Assembly (NCBI GenBank): GCA_002454045.1
Contig: DKID01000004.1
Coordinates: 6,259-70,258 of the forward strand
Length of the DNA stretch: 64,000 nucleotides
Source: Nitrospina sp. UBA6727
Lineage (GTDB): Bacteria; Nitrospinota; Nitrospinia; Nitrospinales; VA-1
Direction of reading: 5' to 3'
Positions 40,583 through 49,132 of the stretch are shown here, one piece after another. The notes under the pieces were generated by a model, which had not been told where the DNA came from, made no database searches, and saw only the letters and a program-made list of their open reading frames with translations. The translations under genes and the position numbers were made by a program. Position 1 is the first letter of the stretch. Every line of letters starts with the position of its first letter.

Positions 40583-41221
40583 CTAATAATCCTCGACGGT
40601 TTCACGAATCACCACCGCGTTTAATTTGTACTGACTTCTTGCCAATCTCGCCGCCTGCCGCGCTTTTTCCTCATCCGCGTACCTTCCCAGAAAAACCCGG
40701 TGCCAGGTTCCAGAATGATCGCCAACTTCCGCGCGCGTTAAAAATGCGTCGAAACCTTTTTCTTGCAGACGCATTTTCAAAGCGCCCGCGCGCGCCGCGT
40801 CCCGGAACGAACTCACCTGAACGGCGTAAGAGTGTCTCTCTTTAATTTTAGTTTTAGGTTTAGACGGCGACCCCGACGGCGCTTGTTTTTCAACGGGCAA
40901 AGTTAAACGAGCGGTCTCAACTTCAGCAGGCATCGCCGGCGCAGTCGTGGGAAGTGCGGTTGGCAACAACTTGCCGTCGAGTCCCACATGCCGGGTCATG
41001 GTGGGGTCGTTCAAAGTTTCAAAGAAAGTATAAACCCGCGGCGCGGATTCGGTCGTAGCAACTTTTTCGCGGTCGCGGTCGCGGTTGAGTTTGGGTTTGA
41101 CGGCGCGCAATTTTTTCGCGGACGCCTCCTCTTTCTGGAACCCGACTAATGAATTGATTTCCGAAAAATGCAATCCCACCGCCGCCGCCACCAAAAAAAT
41201 CATTACAAGGATAAGTCTCAT
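40583..41221 (-). CDS. SPOR-domain (peptidoglycan-binding) protein
   Basis: An N-terminal TM segment is present, and the C-terminal ..YAVQVSSFRDAARAGALKMRLQEKGFDAFLTRAEVGDHSGTWHRVFLGRYADEEKARQAA.. is a SPOR domain. Confidence 0.8.
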   Translation of the reverse strand: MRLILVMIFLVAAAVGLHFSEINSLVGFQKEEASAKKLRAVKPKLNRDRDREKVATTESAPRVYTFFETLNDPTMTRHVGLDGKLLPTALPTTAPAMPAEVETARLTLPVEKQAPSGSPSKPKTKIKERHSYAVQVSSFRDAARAGALKMRLQEKGFDAFLTRAEVGDHSGTWHRVFLGRYADEEKARQAARLARSQYKLNAVVIRETVEDY

Positions 41222-41360
41222 AAATTAATCGCACTCGCTAAAATTAATATTTTCCACGACGGCGTGACAGTCGTGTCGTTACCGCCGCCGCCATCACTGT
41301 CGCCACCGTGTCACCGGCGGCGTCACCATCGTCATCGTCGCGTTGGTCGCGGCGCAGCGG

Positions 41361-43025
41361 TTACATTTTTTCCGGTGCCGAAATCCCCAGCAACGCAAAA
41401 CCATTTCGGATGGTAATTCGTATCGCATCCAGCAAAAATAAACGAGCAAGTGTAAGCGCTTTGTCATCGGAGATAACTCGGTGCCTGCTGTAGTAGCTAT
41501 GAAACCGGGAGACCATGTCAAGCAAGTAATGGGAAATCCGATGCACCTCTAAAGCTTGAGCGCTTTTTTCCACCACTTCAGGAAAAGCGAGCACCGCGCG
41601 GATAATCCCCAACTCTTCCTCTTCATTCAGAAGGGCGAGATTCACCGCGTCAGAACTGCTCCATACCACTCCGCTTTCTTCGGCGGCGCGAAAGATATTG
41701 CATATTCGGGCGTGCGCGTATTGAATATAAAAGACTGGATTTTCCGGAGTTTCTTTCTTCGCTAACTCCAGATCAAAATCCAAGTGCGTGTCGGAACTAC
41801 GCATTAGAAAATAATATCGCGCTACATCGACACCCACCTCGCTCACCACATCCGCCAAAGTTTTGAACTCGCCGGCGCGGGTGGACATCGATACTTTTTT
41901 GCCGGCTCGCAAAAGGCTGACGAACTGCACCAAAAGAATCGTGAAGGTTTTCTCGTCAAACCCCATTGCTTTCAAAACAGCTTCCATCCGCGGCACATAA
42001 CCGTGATGGTCGGCGCCCATCAGGTCGATAATCTTTTTGAATCCGCGGTCAATTTTATTCTGATGATAAGCGATGTCTGAACAAAAATAAGTTTTCTCCC
42101 CGGTTTGTTTGACGATGACTCGGTCTTTGTCGTCATTGAACGCGGAGGATTTTAGCCAGACGGCGCCGTCTTTTTCATAGACGTGACCCTTGCCCCGCAA
42201 CCATTCGATGGCCGTCGCTACCGAATTATTTTCGTAAAGAGATTGCTCGCTGAACCAGTTGTCGAAAGTTACGCGAAACTCCGCCAAGTCTTTTTTGATT
42301 CCTTTAAGAATATTATCCTTCGCGTACTTTCTAAAAAAAGGAAGGCATTCCTCTTCCGGCTTATTCAAAAACTCGTCGCCCTTCTGCGCAACGATTTGGT
42401 CGGCGATGTCTTTAATGTATTCGCCGCGGTAATGGTCGTCGGGAAACTCCACGGCTTTCCCCAGCAGTTCACGGTAACGGAGCCAAGTAGATTTGCCGAG
42501 AAGGTTCATCTGATTTCCCACGTCGTTGATGTAGTATTCGGTGCTTAAATCGTAACCGGCTTTTTTTAGAATTCGCCCGAGAACGTCCCCGACCGCGGCA
42601 CCCCGCCCATGCCCGACGTGCAAGGGTCCCGTGGGATTTGCGCTGACAAACTCGATCATAACTTTAACGCCTTGTCCAACATTCGTCTTGCCAAAATCAT
42701 CGCGCTGTTTAACAACACTTCTTAACCGTTCCATAAAAAATTCACGGGACATTTTGAGGTTGATGAATCCCGGCGCCGCGATTTCCACCTGCCTCAAATC
42801 ATCACTGCCATTTTTAAGATGGCGGACAACACTTTCCGCGATCGCTTGCGGATTCTTGCGCTCGCTCCGCGCCAACGTCATGGCGACGTTCGTTGAAAAA
42901 TCCCCCATCTTTTCGTCCTTGGGTTTTTCCACCACGACTTCCGGAAACGGAGAAAGTTTCAACTCTCCCGCTCGCCGAGCTTTCTCCAAGGCATCGTGAA
43001 TGATTATTTTTATCGCGGTTTTCAT
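41361..43025 (-). CDS. argS: Arginyl-tRNA synthetase
   Basis: ..VSANPTGPLHVGHGR.., ..MSTR.G.. and a C-terminal DALR anticodon-binding domain are present. The protein is 554 aa. Confidence 0.97.
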   Translation of the reverse strand: MKTAIKIIIHDALEKARRAGELKLSPFPEVVVEKPKDEKMGDFSTNVAMTLARSERKNPQAIAESVVRHLKNGSDDLRQVEIAAPGFINLKMSREFFMERLRSVVKQRDDFGKTNVGQGVKVMIEFVSANPTGPLHVGHGRGAAVGDVLGRILKKAGYDLSTEYYINDVGNQMNLLGKSTWLRYRELLGKAVEFPDDHYRGEYIKDIADQIVAQKGDEFLNKPEEECLPFFRKYAKDNILKGIKKDLAEFRVTFDNWFSEQSLYENNSVATAIEWLRGKGHVYEKDGAVWLKSSAFNDDKDRVIVKQTGEKTYFCSDIAYHQNKIDRGFKKIIDLMGADHHGYVPRMEAVLKAMGFDEKTFTILLVQFVSLLRAGKKVSMSTRAGEFKTLADVVSEVGVDVARYYFLMRSSDTHLDFDLELAKKETPENPVFYIQYAHARICNIFRAAEESGVVWSSSDAVNLALLNEEEELGIIRAVLAFPEVVEKSAQALEVHRISHYLLDMVSRFHSYYSRHRVISDDKALTLARLFLLDAIRITIRNGFALLGISAPEKM

Positions 43026-43114
43026 TCAGGCTTCATCGTGAAAAAAATATAATCTAATGAGAAATATGAAGCGGGGAAATGATGGGGATTGATGCAGGTG
43101 CCGGGCAGGTGGGG

Positions 43115-43432
43115 TCAATCTTTTTGGTCGCGGCGGACGGTCGCCACTTCTTTTTCCATTTGCTCTTCTAAGGTTTTCTTATCCGATAGAAACTGCTGCC
43201 CCAGTTCCGCCTTCGCGGCTTCCATCTCTTCGAGAGGAACTCGGTCCGACAATTTGCGGAGTTTATCTTGAAACGTTACATCCTTGTCGGCAATCCTGGC
43301 GGCGTATTCGTTGCGGATTCCAGCGATTTCATGCTTTTGTTTTTTCGTCAGCCTCTTCTGATTTTTCAACTCGGGCGCCAACTTGTCCGAACGCTCCATG
43401 CTTAGTTCCCAAGCACTTTTTAATCCCGACAT
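43115..43432 (-). CDS. Hypothetical charged/coiled-coil protein (105 aa)
   Basis: The ORF has an ATG start and lies upstream of argS on the same strand. I recognise no motif. Confidence 0.45.
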   Translation of the reverse strand: MSGLKSAWELSMERSDKLAPELKNQKRLTKKQKHEIAGIRNEYAARIADKDVTFQDKLRKLSDRVPLEEMEAAKAELGQQFLSDKKTLEEQMEKEVATVRRDQKD

Positions 43433-43556
43433 CTCTACGCCTCAAAAAAAATTTTCACCGCGATATTGTAAAGGAATCATCAACCGGACTCAATAGGCAT
43501 ATCCTGCGTTTGCTACTAATTTAAATGCAACGGGACCCAGTTCAGAAGTTTACTGA

Positions 43557-43623
43557 CCGAGGATAAAAGGATTTGAACCCTCAATACTTCCATTTTATTT
43601 TCCCCCGCTACGGGGAATCTCGG
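43557..43623 (-). other. 67-nt structured element with a tRNA T-arm-like core (GGTTCAAATCC) and 5-bp complementary ends. It may be a tRNA-derived remnant.
   Basis: The minus-strand sequence reads CCGAG-ATTCCCCGTAGCGGGGGAAAATAAAATGGAAGTATTGAGGGTTCAAATCCTTTTATC-CTCGG. It has a hairpin (TCCCCG..CGGGGA) and a T-loop-like TTCAAAT, but no D or anticodon arm, so it is not a functional tRNA by my folding. Confidence 0.25.
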
Positions 43624-43699
43624 TTATTAAAAATTTTTAGTAGTATTTTGGAGCGTGTGGGGACTATATTATAACTAGTTATCGCAATTCCAAATTACA

Positions 43700-43969
43700 A
43701 TGAATAAAGCAAATAAAAACAAACTATTTCTTACTATCCTGATTTTTGCTGTATGCCTTTTTTCAGTAAATCTTTCCTCAGCATCCATGCACCATATGGA
43801 TAACTCCGACTGCATAATGCAAACGATATGTAGCAACTGTTTTATCTCTGCAGAAACCCCCTCCCATGATTTGGATTTTTCGGGTTCAGTTGTGTCGCAA
43901 GTTTTGGAAATCCAAATTTCAGTCCAGATCAATCGAACAGCTCCTCCCTCTCCCCCTCCAAAAATTTAA
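43700..43969 (+). CDS. Small secreted hypothetical protein with a His/Met/Cys-rich motif, immediately upstream of the CopA-type MCO
   Basis: The signal peptide is MNKANKNKLFLTILIFAVCLFSVNLSSA, followed by SMHHMDNSDCIMQTICSNC.. and a Pro-rich C-terminus. The region is AT-rich. The antisense ORF 43675..43932 has no comparable features. Confidence 0.4.
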   Translation: MNKANKNKLFLTILIFAVCLFSVNLSSASMHHMDNSDCIMQTICSNCFISAETPSHDLDFSGSVVSQVLEIQISVQINRTAPPSPPPKI

Positions 43970-44125
43970 TTTTCTCACTATTAACCATAAAAGTTTATTC
44001 ACCCTTTCGTTACCGTTTTGTCTAATTGCGCCTTTTTTCAGTATCTTAAATTAGGCTTTCTACGCTTACTGTTGGGATCTTGTCCAGCCGAGATTAGAGG
44101 AAATTGATTTAAAGGATCTAGCGTT

Positions 44126-46156
44126 ATGAAAAGATTAATTTATAGTTCATTCCTCCTGTTAACGCTCACCGGAATATTCGTGCCTTCCTGCTTCGCGGGC
44201 ATAGTCGAATATGATCTCAATATCAACTACAAGACCCTGAATATCACGGGCAAGAATGTAAGGGCCATGGCCTTAAATGATTCGGTCCCTGGCCCTACAC
44301 TACGCTTTCGTGAAGGGGATATAGCCCGAATCCGTTTCAAAAACAGCATGGATGTGGCAACATCTGTTCATTGGCATGGGATTCTTTTACCCTACCGCCA
44401 GGATGGCGTCCCTTATGTAGCCAATCCACCCATTGAACCAGGCGAAACAAAAGCTTTCGAGTTTCCTATTAAACAATCGGGCACCTATTGGTTTCATTCC
44501 CATACCGGCTTGCAAGAACAACGCGGTGTTTACGGATCTATCGTTATCACTCCCAAAGAGGGGGAACGGGTCTCCTCAGACAAAGATGAAGTAATAGTTT
44601 TATCCGATTGGACCAATGAAAACCCGAATGAGATATTGCGCACTTTAAAAAGTGGCAGTGACTATTACAGCTTAAAAAATGGCACCATGCAAAGCCTGTT
44701 GGGGGCGGCAAAGGAAGGTGCCCTCATGGATGTAACTAAACGCAGTTTAATGCGTATGCCGGCTATGGATGTTTCAGACGTTGTCTACGACTCCTTTCTT
44801 GCCAACGGAAAAGAGGAAACAACGATTCTAGCCAAGCCTGGGGAAAAAGTGCGCCTGCGTTTTATCAATTCTGCCACAGCCACTTATTTCTATCTTCAAT
44901 TTGCCGGTGGCCCGGTGCAAATCGTTTCTGCTGATGGTAAAGATGTCCAGCCGGTAAACGTAAATCGTTTTCTCATGGCTATCGCAGAGACCTATGACCT
45001 TCTTGTTACGGTACCTGAAAATGGTTCTTATGAGTTCCGAGCAACGGCTCAGGATGGCTCCGGGCACACATCTATCTTTATAGGCAGTGGAAAACGCATA
45101 TTGGCTCCCAACGTCCCTGAACCCAACCTCTATAAGATGAAAATGTCCATGAACCATGGCGCCGGCAAGAAAATGATGAACATGGATTCAAAGAATGCGG
45201 GTAATGAGCGTCCATTGTCCCCATACAAAAAACTGCGGTCTGTTGGCAAATCAACTTTACCCGAGAAAAATCCCACGCGAGAGGTGGTGCTCACTCTAAC
45301 AGGGGATATGGAGCGTTACATATGGTCCATCAATGGAGAAATCATTTCAGCTGATAATGTGATACGAATTCGCCATGGTGAGAATGTGAAATTTATACTT
45401 ATTAACAAAACAATGATGCACCACCCGATGCATCTGCATGGACATTTCTTTCGCGTTCTCAATGGACAAGGAGACTACTCGCCTCTCAAACACACCGTGG
45501 ATGTTCCTCCTTTGACTACACAAACCATCGAGTTTGAGGCCGATGAATACAATGACTGGTTCTTTCACTGTCATATCCTCTACCATGCAAGAGCTGGGAT
45601 GGCGCGTGTGGTCAGTTATGAGGACAAAGAATTGGACATGGACCTCAAAAAAATCCGTCATAAACTCTACAAAGATCCTTGGTATTCCACGATAACTGCA
45701 ACCGCCCAATCCCATATGACAGACGGCGCCGCGGTTTTCAGCAACTCCAAAAATATTCTAAGTACAACGTGGCAAGTCGGTTGGGAACGGGTTGACAAGA
45801 CAGAGCACGATGTGGAATTGGCTTATGACCGCTACCTCAACCGTTTTTTCAATGTGTTTGCCGGGGTAAACTTTACCAACGACTATGAACGCGGCATTTT
45901 TGGAATGCGATATCTTCTTCCATTTAATGTTGACAGCACGGTAAGAGTAGATAGCGAGGGAGAGTTTCGCGTTGAGTTAGAGCAAGGATTACAGTTAACC
46001 AGCCGCTTTGGGATTTTTGGCGATGTAGAATATGACACCGAGTCCAAGGAGGAGTGGTTGCTTGGCGGGAAATATATCCTGTCAAAAAACATGGCTCTGA
46101 CTGGCCAATACCATTCAGATTTCGGTGCGGGTGCCGGAATGGAATTTCGATACTAA
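44126..46156 (+). CDS. copA: CopA/PcoA-type three-domain multicopper oxidase fused to a CopB-like outer-membrane C-terminal domain
   Basis: The MCO copper motifs are HWHG, WFHSH, HPMHLHGHFF and HCHILYHARAGM. A Met-rich insert (MKMSMNHGAGKKMMNMD) is present. The last ~176 aa (nt 45626-46153) read ..AYDRYLNRFFNVFAGVNFTND..GMRYLLPFNVDSTVRVDSEGEFRVELEQGLQLTSRFGIFGDVEY..GAGAGMEFRY. This matches my recollection of the CopB/PcoB family core and ends in an aromatic OMP-type terminus. Confidence 0.8.
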   Translation: MKRLIYSSFLLLTLTGIFVPSCFAGIVEYDLNINYKTLNITGKNVRAMALNDSVPGPTLRFREGDIARIRFKNSMDVATSVHWHGILLPYRQDGVPYVANPPIEPGETKAFEFPIKQSGTYWFHSHTGLQEQRGVYGSIVITPKEGERVSSDKDEVIVLSDWTNENPNEILRTLKSGSDYYSLKNGTMQSLLGAAKEGALMDVTKRSLMRMPAMDVSDVVYDSFLANGKEETTILAKPGEKVRLRFINSATATYFYLQFAGGPVQIVSADGKDVQPVNVNRFLMAIAETYDLLVTVPENGSYEFRATAQDGSGHTSIFIGSGKRILAPNVPEPNLYKMKMSMNHGAGKKMMNMDSKNAGNERPLSPYKKLRSVGKSTLPEKNPTREVVLTLTGDMERYIWSINGEIISADNVIRIRHGENVKFILINKTMMHHPMHLHGHFFRVLNGQGDYSPLKHTVDVPPLTTQTIEFEADEYNDWFFHCHILYHARAGMARVVSYEDKELDMDLKKIRHKLYKDPWYSTITATAQSHMTDGAAVFSNSKNILSTTWQVGWERVDKTEHDVELAYDRYLNRFFNVFAGVNFTNDYERGIFGMRYLLPFNVDSTVRVDSEGEFRVELEQGLQLTSRFGIFGDVEYDTESKEEWLLGGKYILSKNMALTGQYHSDFGAGAGMEFRY

Positions 46157-46220
46157 GCCGTATTGATTCTATCTGAATAGATTGTTTTATTTATGCCCGT
46201 TTGCTATTCTGAGCCCTAGC

Positions 46221-46949
46221 ATGGAAACGTCTAAGCGAGAGCCTCTTTTAAGAGAATTAAAAGATTACCTCATCCATTTGAAGGACGCGGGGTATGTAGA
46301 AATTCCATGCGAAGCAGAGTTGCTGAAAAATTCCGCGCAGGCAACCGACTCTCCGAAACGCCCGTCACCCTCAAACGAAATGGCTGATAATAAATCCTTG
46401 ACGGCAGTGCGAAAAGAATTAGGCGACTGCACCCGTTGCAAACTTTCCACGAGCAGAAAAAATATCGTGTTCGGCGCGGGCAATCCCAACGCCAGTCTTG
46501 TCTTCGTCGGGGAAGGACCAGGCGCCGATGAGGACGAACAGGGGTTCCCATTCGTAGGTAGGGCGGGGAAAAAACTGACGGAGATTATTGAAAAAGGAAT
46601 GGGGCTGAATCGGGAAAAGGACACCTACATCTGCAACATCGTCAAGTGTCGCCCGCCGGGCAACCGCGACCCCGAAGCGGATGAAATTTCCGCCTGCAAA
46701 CCTTTTCTGATTCAGCAATTAAAAGCCATCAAACCCAAAGTCATCGTCGCTTTGGGGAAGCCCGCCGCGTCAACCCTTTTGGGACGGAACGTGCCGATCA
46801 CCAAGGAGCGTGGGACTTGGCACGAATACGAAGGCGTCAAGCTGATGCTCACCTACCACCCCGCCTATCTGATTCGGTTTCCTACTTTGGAAAACCGCAA
46901 AGCCGTCCACGAAGATGTCAAAAAAGTTCTACAAGAATTGAAAAAATAA
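46221..46949 (+). CDS. Family-4 (Fe-S) uracil-DNA glycosylase
   Basis: ..CTRCKLSTSRKNIVFGAGNPNASLVFVGEGPGADEDEQGFPFVGRAGKKL..CNIVKCRPPGNR.P..E...C..F.. is present. ATG 46221 is preferred. Confidence 0.9.
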   Translation: METSKREPLLRELKDYLIHLKDAGYVEIPCEAELLKNSAQATDSPKRPSPSNEMADNKSLTAVRKELGDCTRCKLSTSRKNIVFGAGNPNASLVFVGEGPGADEDEQGFPFVGRAGKKLTEIIEKGMGLNREKDTYICNIVKCRPPGNRDPEADEISACKPFLIQQLKAIKPKVIVALGKPAASTLLGRNVPITKERGTWHEYEGVKLMLTYHPAYLIRFPTLENRKAVHEDVKKVLQELKK

Positions 46950-47051
46950 ACTCGGCGCGGAAAGTCGGCGGGAAATATGAATGACGGTGGCGCGGTTCGC
47001 GGTGGCGCGGCGCGATGGTGACGATGACCGCGATGACGGCGGGCGCGATGC

Positions 47052-47825
47052 TTATCGTTTCAGAATGCTCTGCGAAAAATAGCGGGCGGGGATGTCGATG
47101 TCAAATTCAATGTTGTCAAACTTGTAAACCGTTCGAGTATTTTCCTTAAGCATATCGCGAAAAATCATGGTGCGGGGAAACAAACGGTCGCCGATTTTTT
47201 CGTAATCCTCGAACAGGACTCTCTTCAAAAGTTTTCCGCTTTTAGCAAAACGTTCTTCTTTGAGGACGATGTTCTCCCCCTGATTGATCCATACCTGGCG
47301 AGTCTGGTAAGTCGTTTTTTTATCCCGGGCGAGCAAATTCAAAATGGCGCAACGAACGCCCGCGAAATCTTCGAAGCCCTGCGCAGAAAAAGTTGCGCGA
47401 TAAGAGTGGCTCAACTTGTGGTCTTCCATCATGTCTTCGTAAGACAAATCACTTCCCAACATTGACTGTCTGAGCAGATGGCCGGCGATCAGTATTTTCC
47501 TGTCGGTGCGCGGAGTGTACATCCAAAGTTTGTCGCCAATCTTGAGCATCTTCGTTCCCTTTTCGCGCGCCGGCGATTTGTAATAACTATACGAACGCGT
47601 GAAACCTTCCATCCACGAATCCTGGGTCAGCGTGCGTGTTTTTCGTCCGTTGTCAATGATGAGTCGGCCCGAAACAAATTTTGTTTCCGCCCAAAGATTT
47701 TCGTCCACCAACTCTAAAAGTTTTTGCGCGCTTATTTCTTCCGTAGCGCCAAGGCTTACAAAATAAAAAAAGAGTGACGGGAAAATCCCGGCGGCGAAAG
47801 TAATTTTATTTTTTACAGCCATCAT
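47052..47825 (-). CDS. LolA-like outer-membrane lipoprotein-sorting family protein
   Basis: A signal peptide is present. The C-terminal ..VWINQGENIVLKEERFAKSGKLLKRVLFEDYEKIGDRLFPRTMIFRDMLKENTRTVYKF.. is the pattern I associate with the LolA_like (outer membrane lipoprotein-sorting) family. Confidence 0.75.
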   Translation of the reverse strand: MMAVKNKITFAAGIFPSLFFYFVSLGATEEISAQKLLELVDENLWAETKFVSGRLIIDNGRKTRTLTQDSWMEGFTRSYSYYKSPAREKGTKMLKIGDKLWMYTPRTDRKILIAGHLLRQSMLGSDLSYEDMMEDHKLSHSYRATFSAQGFEDFAGVRCAILNLLARDKKTTYQTRQVWINQGENIVLKEERFAKSGKLLKRVLFEDYEKIGDRLFPRTMIFRDMLKENTRTVYKFDNIEFDIDIPARYFSQSILKR

Positions 47826-47830
47826 AATTT

Positions 47831-49132
47831 TTAACCCGCTTCCAGTTCGCGGAACAAGTTGGCTTCCGAACGTTTGAAAATTGCCAGGCTGGCGACAAGG
47901 GTTCCGGCGACACTGGCGAAAACGCCGGGCACGATACCCTGCACGACGGCGCCCGCCGTGAGTCTTGCGCGGACGACATCGTTGATCATTACGCCCGACT
48001 GAGCGAAGTTGTCCCCCATGTTAATCCCCACTTCCTGCAAGAACAAAGTAAATCCCATCCCGAAAACGGCGCCCGCCGCCGCGCCGAAAATTCCCGTTAT
48101 CAATCCCTCTATCGCAAGGTTGAATATCAGTTTCCAATGCGACTCACCGAACGCAAGACGAAGTCCCATCTCGCCGTAGCGGTGAATGCCGTTTAGAATG
48201 CCGGCGTTCCACAGCACCAAAATCATAAGAAAAATAAAAATGCCGACAACAAACTTTTTGACGATCCAAAACTTATCCATGATTGCGCCGAAATTCTGCT
48301 GATCTCTGATGCTGAGGACGATGGGGAAATCATCCCCCGCCCAGTCTTGCGGCGAAGCCCGCACCCAATCCGCCAACTTTGTGTTCATACTTTTTTTGAC
48401 TTCTTCATAATAATCGAAACCCGCGCTAGGCGGGAAGTAGCCCAGCCAATCTGTAACCATGTTTTCCATATAAAAAGTATTCTGGGCATCGGCAAGATCA
48501 ATCAGCACCATTTTTTTATCCATCGCGGCGACGCCGAACCGAACCAAACCTGCGATTTGATAATTGTCCGTCACCAGTCCGCCGTCGAAAGACTGACCGA
48601 TCAATGTCACCGACTCTCCAACCGCAACGTCGAGAACTTCCGCCAGTTGAATCCCCATCAACATTTCGTTGGATCCTTTGGGGAAGGTTCCCGCGATGAG
48701 CGAGGATTTTAGTCGGAGGCGTCGTATCTCGTTGGAGCGCGGCGATTTCAAATCCATCGCCATTCCCACCACCGGAGTTTGCGAGCGTGTTTCGCCCTGT
48801 TCATCGGGGACGTCCAAGATCGCCGCCCAACGAATTCTCGGCGACCAATCCATGTTCGGCGCAGAGTGCTTCGTCAACCAGTCGCGGATTTCCCGTTGGT
48901 TGGTTAGAGCGCGATCCATCGGGCGCAAATGTTCCTCCTCGTAATAAAGCCGATTTACCAAACGCAAATGTCCCGAGTCGAAACTGGCGGTCATGTCGAT
49001 CATGCCCATGAAAACTCCCTCCATGAATCCCACCAAGGAAATGACCAAGGCGACGCCGACCGCCACGACGGTGAACGGAAATATAAATCGTGATTTGTCG
49101 CGGAACAATCCGCGGAACCAAAAACCAATCAA
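47831..49132 (-). CDS. FtsX/MacB-type ABC permease (LolC/E-like), copy 2
   Basis: It has four TM segments, a large periplasmic loop and a C-terminal FtsX domain. Its TTG start overlaps the upstream TGA stop as TTGA. Confidence 0.85.
   Translation of the reverse strand: MIGFWFRGLFRDKSRFIFPFTVVAVGVALVISLVGFMEGVFMGMIDMTASFDSGHLRLVNRLYYEEEHLRPMDRALTNQREIRDWLTKHSAPNMDWSPRIRWAAILDVPDEQGETRSQTPVVGMAMDLKSPRSNEIRRLRLKSSLIAGTFPKGSNEMLMGIQLAEVLDVAVGESVTLIGQSFDGGLVTDNYQIAGLVRFGVAAMDKKMVLIDLADAQNTFYMENMVTDWLGYFPPSAGFDYYEEVKKSMNTKLADWVRASPQDWAGDDFPIVLSIRDQQNFGAIMDKFWIVKKFVVGIFIFLMILVLWNAGILNGIHRYGEMGLRLAFGESHWKLIFNLAIEGLITGIFGAAAGAVFGMGFTLFLQEVGINMGDNFAQSGVMINDVVRARLTAGAVVQGIVPGVFASVAGTLVASLAIFKRSEANLFRELEAG

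Noticed and set aside
41259-41280. Hairpin CACGAC-N9-GTCGTG between argS and the SPOR gene, as a possible terminator or attenuator.
   Set aside because: The stem is only 6 bp with a 9-nt loop, and there is no U-tract on the minus (transcribed) strand.
41282-41340. Dispersed GC-rich, triplet-periodic intergenic words of the type GRTGAYGACGGCGGCG. Instances lie at 8791-8810 (rc), 27455-27470, 32715-32730, 41282-41297 (rc, variant), 47017-47043 and 52308-52320 (partial).
   Set aside because: The shared core is only about 8-9 nt (GACGGCGG). In GC-rich DNA such words are expected by chance and probably also occur inside genes. Without a genome-wide k-mer enrichment test I cannot claim a REP-like family. 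It is worth a motif scan if the full genome is available.
43675-43932. 85-aa minus-strand ORF overlapping the small secreted ORF upstream of copA.
   Set aside because: The plus-strand alternative has a clean signal peptide and a metal-type motif and is co-oriented with copA. The minus-strand translation has neither. Both remain unverified.
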